A stretch of DNA of 32,000 nucleotides, taken from the NCBI RefSeq assembly GCF_001644705.1, contig NZ_CP015137.1:2100001-2132000 (forward strand). Direction: 5' to 3'. A model generated the notes under the pieces. That model saw only the letters and a program-made list of their open reading frames with translations. It ran no database searches and was not told the DNA's origin. Source of the stretch: Dickeya solani IPO 2222. GTDB lineage: Bacteria > Pseudomonadota > Gammaproteobacteria > Enterobacterales > Enterobacteriaceae. Shown piece after piece: positions 25,874 to 32,000 of the stretch. The position numbers and the translations under genes are program-made. Position 1 is the stretch's first letter. Each line of letters opens with the position of its first letter.

Positions 25874-26325
25874 TGTCACTCTTCCTGTAAAAAACAAATA
25901 AAATCAGCGCATTATGTCCTGGTGGCAAAACAGAAAAGCGCGAATGTCGAGCACAGTTATACAAGTGGAAACATCCTGTAGGCGGGCGGATCCTGACGTG
26001 AGAGTGTTGTTTTTTCAGCTACATATCTGAGTATAGAACAGGATTTTTCATCGCTGTGCGGCAAGGGGAGTGAGCCGTGGTAAAAATAAAAGACACATCA
26101 ATATTGTGGCGTTAAAGAGAATGGCGGGCGTATCGTGAAAGCAATGGCCTGACGTAAACCATCTTAATGAATGATGCCATTATCGCCTGCGACGACAGCG
26201 AAGCGGCGCAGCGTTCTGGCTATTTGAGCACACGCCTCTTTTGGCATTATTACTATTTTTTTCATGTGATACAGGTCGGTATCTGAGGGCAGCCAGACTA
26301 TGGCGAACTACCGAATCTGACTCGC

Positions 26326-26365
26326 CTGTCACACAACTGTCATATTAAGTACATTTTACTGTCAC
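26326..26365 (+). promoter_or_regulatory. Two tandem Pho boxes (PhoB binding sites) of the pstS promoter
   Basis: The sequence is CTGTCACacaaCTGTCATattaAGTACATtttaCTGTCAC, with 7-bp repeats at an 11-bp period. It is almost superimposable on the E. coli pstS promoter (CTGTCATaaaaCTGTCATattcCTTACATataaCTGTCAC) and is followed by the conserved CCTATTTT (-10 region) at 26374-26381. Confidence 0.88.
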
Positions 26366-26455
26366 TGAATTGACCTATTTTCTCCACCAGCAAACTACAC
26401 TCTGATTAAACAATAGCTCCGGGTCTACACGCCTACGTATCCCACAGGAGGGATT

Positions 26456-27496
26456 ATGAAATTCATGCGTACCACTGTTGCCAGTATCGTTGCTGTAAGT
26501 TTTTCTCTGACGGCGGTTTCTGCTTTCGCCGCGGCAAACCTCACTGGTGCAGGTGCGACATTCCCCGCTCCGGTTTATGCAAAGTGGGCTGATTCTTACG
26601 AAAAAGAAACCGGCAACAAAGTTAACTATCAGGGCATCGGTTCTTCGGGTGGCGTGAAACAGATTACCGCCAAAACCGTAGATTTCGGCGCTTCCGATGC
26701 GCCGCTGACGGATGACAAACTGGCTCAGGATGGTCTGTTCCAGTTCCCGACCGTGATCGGCGGTATCGTCCTGGCTGTCAACGTGCCGGGCGTGAAAGCC
26801 GGTGAACTGACGCTGGACGGCAAAACGCTGGGTGACATCTACCTGGGCAAAATCAAGAAATGGAACGACGCCGCCATCGTCAAACTGAACCCAGGCGTTA
26901 AACTGCCGGATCAGGACATCGCTGTGGTACGTCGTGCCGACGGTTCCGGCACCTCCTACGTGTTCACCAGCTACCTGGCTAAAGTGAATAGCGAGTGGAA
27001 AGAGAAGATTGGTTCGGGCAACACCGTAAACTGGCCGACCGGTCTGGGCGGTAAAGGTAACGACGGCATCGCGGCGTTCGTGCAGCGTCTGCCGGGGTCT
27101 ATCGGTTACGTTGAATATGCGTACGCCAAACAGAATAGCCTGGTTTACACCAAGCTGATTTCTGCCGACGGCAAGGCCGTCAGCCCGACGGAAGGGTCTT
27201 TCAGCAACGCCGCTAAAGGGGTGGACTGGAGCAAATCCTTCGCGCAGGACCTGACCAACCAGAAAGGCGCCGACGTATGGCCGATCACCTCTACTACTTT
27301 CATTCTGATTCACAAAGAGCAGAGCAAGCCTGAGCAGGGCATAGAAGTGCTGAAGTTCTTTGACTGGTCCTACAACAAGGGCGGCGATCAGGCCAAAGCA
27401 CTGGATTACGCTACGCTGCCGAAAGAAGTTGTGGCGCAGGTCCGTGCGGCATGGAAAACCCAGATCAAGGACAGCAGCGGTAAAGCGCTGTACTGA
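26456..27496 (+). CDS. pstS: Periplasmic phosphate-binding protein
   Basis: [25 protein letters not shown]|[20 protein letters not shown]... (346 aa) is collinear with E. coli PstS. An AGGAGG SD is present. Confidence 0.97.
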   Translation: MKFMRTTVASIVAVSFSLTAVSAFAAANLTGAGATFPAPVYAKWADSYEKETGNKVNYQGIGSSGGVKQITAKTVDFGASDAPLTDDKLAQDGLFQFPTVIGGIVLAVNVPGVKAGELTLDGKTLGDIYLGKIKKWNDAAIVKLNPGVKLPDQDIAVVRRADGSGTSYVFTSYLAKVNSEWKEKIGSGNTVNWPTGLGGKGNDGIAAFVQRLPGSIGYVEYAYAKQNSLVYTKLISADGKAVSPTEGSFSNAAKGVDWSKSFAQDLTNQKGADVWPITSTTFILIHKEQSKPEQGIEVLKFFDWSYNKGGDQAKALDYATLPKEVVAQVRAAWKTQIKDSSGKALY

Positions 27497-27529
27497 TTGC
27501 GGTTAGCAGGATCCGCTGTGTGAGTACCG

Positions 27530-27590
27530 AGAGGTGGATAAACCGGAAACGGGGTATCCACCTCTGACATCATTGGGGTTTCCCCCAATG
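27530..27590 (+). other. Two hairpins in the pstS-pstC spacer (likely mRNA-stabilising or attenuating structures)
   Basis: An 11-bp stem agaggtggata(27530-27540)/tatccacctct(27555-27565) has a 14-nt loop. An 8-bp stem cattgggg(27571-27578)/ccccaatg(27583-27590) has the loop tttc. No U-tract follows. Confidence 0.55.
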
Positions 27591-27647
27591 ACCTGATTAA
27601 AGACGTAGTTATCTGAAAAACGCAGTTATCTGAAAGAAGAGAGACGT

Positions 27648-28607
27648 ATGGCTGAACACAAGCCAACCATTACACCTCCGGGAAAACAGGGCGACATTCT
27701 GTTCGGGGCGCTGGTCAGACTAGCGGCCTTGTTGACGTTGCTGCTGCTGGGCGGAATTATCGTTTCCCTGATTTTTGCCTCCTGGCCAAGCATTAAAACG
27801 TTTGGCTTTTCCTTTTTGTGGACCAAAGAGTGGGATGCGCCCGCCGGGCAATTCGGCGCGCTGGTGCCGATTTACGGCACCATCGTGACCTCGCTGATCG
27901 CGCTGATCATCGCCATTCCCATTAGTTTCGGTATCGCGCTGTTCCTGACGGAACTGGCGCCGGGCTGGCTGAAACGTCCGCTGGGCGTGGCGATTGAACT
28001 GCTGGCCGCGATCCCGAGTATCGTCTACGGCATGTGGGGGCTGTTTGTGTTCGCTCCGTTGTTCGCCAGGTATTTCCAGCAGCCGCTAGGCAACGTGCTT
28101 TCCAATATCCCGCTGGTCGGCACCCTGTTCTCCGGGCCGGCATTCGGCATCGGCATTCTGGCGGCCGGGGTGATTCTGGCCATCATGATTATCCCTTACA
28201 TCGCCGCGGTAATGCGCGATGTATTCGAACAGACGCCGGTGATGATGAAAGAGTCGGCTTACGGTATCGGCTGCACCACCTGGGAAGTTATCTGGCATAT
28301 CGTGCTGCCGTTCACTAAAAACGGCGTGATTGGCGGCGTCATGCTGGGGCTTGGCCGCGCGCTGGGCGAAACCATGGCGGTGACGTTCATCATCGGCAAC
28401 ACTTACCAGCTCGATAGCCTCTCTCTCTATATGCCGGGCAACAGCATTACCTCCGCGCTGGCCAATGAATTCGCGGAAGCCGACACCGGGCTGCATACCG
28501 CTGCGCTGATGGAGCTGGGCCTGATCCTGTTTGTGATTACCTTTATCGTGCTGGCCTGTTCGAAGCTGATGATCATGCGTCTGGCTAAAAACGAAGGAGC
28601 ACGCTGA
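27648..28607 (+). CDS. pstC: Phosphate ABC transporter permease
   Basis: The 319-aa product is collinear with E. coli PstC (…WTKEWDAP…[31 protein letters not shown]…). Confidence 0.96.
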   Translation: MAEHKPTITPPGKQGDILFGALVRLAALLTLLLLGGIIVSLIFASWPSIKTFGFSFLWTKEWDAPAGQFGALVPIYGTIVTSLIALIIAIPISFGIALFLTELAPGWLKRPLGVAIELLAAIPSIVYGMWGLFVFAPLFARYFQQPLGNVLSNIPLVGTLFSGPAFGIGILAAGVILAIMIIPYIAAVMRDVFEQTPVMMKESAYGIGCTTWEVIWHIVLPFTKNGVIGGVMLGLGRALGETMAVTFIIGNTYQLDSLSLYMPGNSITSALANEFAEADTGLHTAALMELGLILFVITFIVLACSKLMIMRLAKNEGAR

Positions 28608-29494
28608 TGGCGAGCATTGGCATTGAAAACCGTTCTGACTCGCTGGAAACCCGCCGTAAGATGCAGGCCTGGCGTCGTCAGAAAAACCGTATCGCGCTCT
28701 GCATGTCGATGCTGACGATGGCGTTCGGCCTGTTCTGGCTGGTGTGGATTCTGATGTCCACCGTGACCAAGGGCATCGATGGCATGTCGCTGTCGCTGTT
28801 TACCGAAATGACGCCGCCGCCCAATACCGCCGGCGGCGGTCTGGCGAATGCGATCGTCGGCAGCGGCCTGCTGATCCTGTGGGCGACGCTGTTTGGCACG
28901 CCGCTGGGGATTCTGGCGGGCGTTTATCTGGCGGAGTACGGCCGTAAATCGCTGATCGCCGAAGTGATCCGCTTTATCAACGACATTCTGTTGTCGGCGC
29001 CGTCGATTGTGGTGGGGCTGTTCGTTTACACGCTGGTGGTGGCTAAAATGGAGCACTTTTCCGGCTGGGCGGGGGTGATTGCGCTGGCGCTGTTGCAGGT
29101 GCCGATCGTGATTCGTACCACCGAGAACATGCTGAAACTGGTGCCGGACAGCCTGCGTGAAGCGGCTTACGCGCTGGGTACGCCGAAATGGAAGATGATC
29201 TCGGCCATCACCCTGAAGGCGTCGGTTTCCGGCATCATCACCGGGGTGTTGCTGGCCGTGGCGCGTATCGCCGGGGAGACTGCACCGCTGCTGTTTACCT
29301 CGCTGTCGAACCAGTTCTGGAGCACGGATCTGATGCATCCGATCGCCAACCTGCCGGTCACCATTTTCAAGTTCGCCATGAGTCCGTTCAAAGAATGGCA
29401 GGGGCTGGCGTGGGCAGGGGTACTGCTGATCACCCTGTGCGTACTGCTGCTGAATATTGTGGCGCGCGTGCTGTTTGCCCCAAAAACACATTAA
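28607..29494 (+). CDS. pstA: Phosphate ABC transporter permease
   Basis: The 295-aa product is collinear with E. coli PstA (…[18 protein letters not shown]…[15 protein letters not shown]…). The ATG shares its first base with the last base of the pstC TGA stop (TGATG). Confidence 0.96.
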   Translation: MASIGIENRSDSLETRRKMQAWRRQKNRIALCMSMLTMAFGLFWLVWILMSTVTKGIDGMSLSLFTEMTPPPNTAGGGLANAIVGSGLLILWATLFGTPLGILAGVYLAEYGRKSLIAEVIRFINDILLSAPSIVVGLFVYTLVVAKMEHFSGWAGVIALALLQVPIVIRTTENMLKLVPDSLREAAYALGTPKWKMISAITLKASVSGIITGVLLAVARIAGETAPLLFTSLSNQFWSTDLMHPIANLPVTIFKFAMSPFKEWQGLAWAGVLLITLCVLLLNIVARVLFAPKTH

Positions 29495-29556
29495 CCGTCT
29501 TAAGAAAACATATTAACCGTCACCCAAAAGACAGATTAACAACGCAACATTGATGA

Positions 29557-30381
<825 letters not shown>

Positions 30382-30394
30382 TTACGGGAGTATC

Positions 30395-31126
30395 ATGGAA
30401 AACCTCAATCTGAACAAACATATTTCCGGTCAGTTTAATGCCGAGCTGGAAAGCATCCGCACCCAGGTGATGACCATGGGCGGGCTGGTGGAACAGCAAC
30501 TGACCGACGCCATCACCGCGATGCACAACCAGGACGCGGAACTGGCTCAGCGGGTGATCGAAGGCGACGCCAAAGTAAACATGATGGAAGTGAGCATTGA
30601 CGAGGCGTGCGTGCGCATCATCGCCAAACGCCAGCCTACCGCCAGCGACCTGCGTCTGGTGATGGCGATCATCAAGACCATTTCCGAACTGGAGCGTATC
30701 GGTGATGTGGCGGACAAAATCTGCCGCACCGCGCTGGAGAAATTCTCCCATCAGCATCAGCCGCTGTTGGTGAGCCTGGAGTCAATGGGCAACCATACCG
30801 TACAGATGCTGCACGATGTGCTGGACGCTTTCGCCCGTATGGATCTGGATGAAGCCAAGCGCATCTACATGGAAGACAAGAAGGTGGATAAAGAGTACGA
30901 AGGCATTGTGCGTCAACTGATGACCCACATGATGGAAGACTCCCGTACCATCCCCAGCGTGCTGACCGCGCTGTTCTGCGCCCGTTCCATCGAACGTATC
31001 GGTGACCGTTGCCAGAACATCTGCGAGTTCATTTTCTACTTCGTCAAAGGCCAGGATTTCCGTCATCTGGGCGGCGACGCGCTGGAAAAAATGCTGGCGC
31101 AGAAAGACGCCGAAAAACCGGAATAA
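30395..31126 (+). CDS. phoU: Phosphate signalling/transport accessory protein
   Basis: [30 protein letters not shown]... (243 aa) is collinear with E. coli PhoU. A GGGAG SD is present. The ORF-track start at 30299 lies inside pstB. Confidence 0.96.
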   Translation: MENLNLNKHISGQFNAELESIRTQVMTMGGLVEQQLTDAITAMHNQDAELAQRVIEGDAKVNMMEVSIDEACVRIIAKRQPTASDLRLVMAIIKTISELERIGDVADKICRTALEKFSHQHQPLLVSLESMGNHTVQMLHDVLDAFARMDLDEAKRIYMEDKKVDKEYEGIVRQLMTHMMEDSRTIPSVLTALFCARSIERIGDRCQNICEFIFYFVKGQDFRHLGGDALEKMLAQKDAEKPE

Positions 31127-31152
31127 GTCTGACTTATTGCCGACGTTGTGCT

Positions 31153-31186
31153 CAACGCCCCGCCTGTGCGGGGCGTTGTCATTTGT
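31153..31186 (+). terminator. Terminator of the pst-phoU operon
   Basis: An 11-bp GC-rich stem caacgccccgc(31153-31163)/gcggggcgttg(31168-31178) has the loop ctgt and is followed by tcatttgt (an interrupted T-tract). Confidence 0.7.
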
Positions 31187-31226
31187 AACGCCGCATCGCC
31201 GCCCCGTCCCCCGTGGTTGCCGGCGA

Positions 31227-31273
31227 CCGGATATAACATAAGTTCATATTATGGGTGTTTATGTTATTTCCGG
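31227..31273. promoter_or_regulatory. 15-bp inverted repeat upstream of the binding-protein gene (candidate operator or RNA hairpin)
   Basis: ccggatataacataa(31227-31241) and ttatgttatttccgg(31259-31273) are complementary at 14/15 positions, with a 17-nt AT-rich spacer. The repeat lies 80-126 nt upstream of the ATG at 31353. Confidence 0.4.
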
Positions 31274-31352
31274 CGCGCCAGAGCCGCTGTTAGCCTGCAT
31301 TCATTGGATTAACAATCGTTTATGAACAGCGGCTTATAGGCGGATAAAAAAG

Positions 31353-32000
31353 ATGAAAAAATCTCTTTTGGCATTTTCCCTTCTGGCAGGATTGGTTTCT
31401 CTCGCAGGCAACGCGCAGGCCGACAAACTGGATGACATCCAGAAAGCCGGCGTGGTGAAAGTGGCGGTGTTCGACAGCAATCCGCCGTTTGGCTATGTCG
31501 ATCCGCAAAGCAAAAAACTGGTGGGCTACGATGTGGACGTAGCGGAGGCTATCGGCAAGGCGCTGGGCGTCAAAGTGGAGCTGCGCGCCACCAATCCGGC
31601 CAACCGTATTCCGTTGCTGGCCTCGAAGAAAGTGGATCTGATTGCGGCCAATTTCACCATTACCGATGAACGCGCCAAACAGGTCAATTTCAGCGTGCCC
31701 TATTTCGCCACCGGCCAGAAGTTCATCGCCCGCAAAGGCGTGCTGAAAACGCCGGATGACATCAAGAATTTGCGCATTGGCGCCGACAAGGGCACCGTGC
31801 AGGAAATCACCCTGCGTGAACATTATCCGACCGCCAAAGTGATTTCCTACGACGATACCCCGCTGGCGTTCACCGCGCTGCGTAACGGCAATGTGCAGGC
31901 CATCACCCAGGACGACGCCAAGCTGGTCGGGCTGCTGGGCAACCTGGCGGCGGCGCAGAAAGCCGACTTTGAAATTTCTCCGTTCAGCATCACCAAAGAG
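31353..32000 (+). CDS. Periplasmic amino-acid ABC-transporter substrate-binding protein (family 3 SBP), 3'-truncated by the window edge
   Basis: My own translation from the ATG at 31353 gives MKKSLLAFSLLAGLVSLAGNAQA|DKLDDIQKAGVVKVAVFDSNPPFGYVDPQSKKLVGYDVDVAEAIGKALGVKVELRATNPANRIPLLASKKVDLIAANFTITDERAKQVNFSVPYFATGQKFIARKG... It is open for all 216 codons to nt 32000. It has a signal peptide plus typical SBP_bac_3 motifs. It is not in the ORF track because it has no stop in the window. Confidence 0.85.
   Translation, partial: MKKSLLAFSLLAGLVSLAGNAQADKLDDIQKAGVVKVAVFDSNPPFGYVDPQSKKLVGYDVDVAEAIGKALGVKVELRATNPANRIPLLASKKVDLIAANFTITDERAKQVNFSVPYFATGQKFIARKGVLKTPDDIKNLRIGADKGTVQEITLREHYPTAKVISYDDTPLAFTALRNGNVQAITQDDAKLVGLLGNLAAAQKADFEISPFSITKE

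Noticed and set aside
26167-26286. A 39-codon ORF (MNDAIIACDDSEAAQRSGYLSTRLFWHYYYFFHVIQVGI) in the DGC-pstS intergenic region.
   Set aside because: It has no Shine-Dalgarno sequence and no recognisable motif, and its composition looks random. It is kept only as a note under the intergenic-region finding.
26375-29491. Long minus-strand ORFs (312 aa at 26375-27313 and 354 aa at 28427-29491) antisense to pstS and pstA, plus smaller ORFs in between.
   Set aside because: The sense-strand proteins are near-identical to E. coli PstS/PstC/PstA. The antisense translations are Arg/Gln/His-rich nonsense, so these are frame shadows.
31320-31823. A 167-aa minus-strand ORF, the only ORF-track entry in this region.
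   Set aside because: The + strand frame starting at 31353 is open to the window end. It encodes a signal peptide plus a textbook family-3 solute-binding protein, so the minus ORF is its shadow.

Overview
This window looks like an enterobacterial chromosome of the Pectobacteriaceae or Dickeya type, judging from a PL9 PelX-like pectate lyase and protein sequences very close to E. coli housekeeping genes. The conserved backbone runs atpD'-atpC / glmU-glmS / pstSCAB-phoU, all on the + strand, and it is interrupted twice relative to E. coli K-12. First, a 2.2-kb minus-strand exo-pectate-lyase gene with a KdgR-type operator sits between atpC and glmU. Second, an ~18.3-kb block (about 7995-26325) sits between the glmS terminator and the pstS Pho boxes, which is the attTn7-equivalent locus. 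That block holds a small low-GC lipoprotein gene, a complete 17-gene aryl-polyene (APE) type-II-PKS-like cluster, and a convergent GAF-PAS-PAS-GAF-GGDEF diguanylate cyclase. The cluster order is methyltransferase, CLF, LPLAT acyltransferase, 2 ACPs, membrane protein, AMP-ligase, DH, GT2/LpxL-like acyltransferase, thioesterase, LolA-like, MMPL, DUF3261-like lipoprotein, KS, DH, KR, KS, which matches the Xenorhabdus apeB-apeR order gene for gene. A 3'-truncated periplasmic amino-acid-binding protein gene runs off the right edge and is missing from the ORF track, which instead lists its antisense shadow. I found no CRISPR array, tRNA or rRNA, IS element, integrase, Tn7-like genes or recognisable defence system. 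I see no convincing evidence for a truly undescribed system, because the accessory content belongs to a known (though little-studied in this lineage) BGC family. The most unusual sequence-level observations are listed below.
- An in-frame 18-bp x4 tandem repeat lies inside the apeI dehydratase.
- A 14-bp tandem duplication lies at the apeO/apeP junction.
- The inserted block has a mosaic GC structure and no mobility genes.
- The glmU-glmS spacer is enlarged and rich in hairpins.
- Nested palindromes lie upstream of glmU.
- A 15-bp inverted repeat lies upstream of the last gene.
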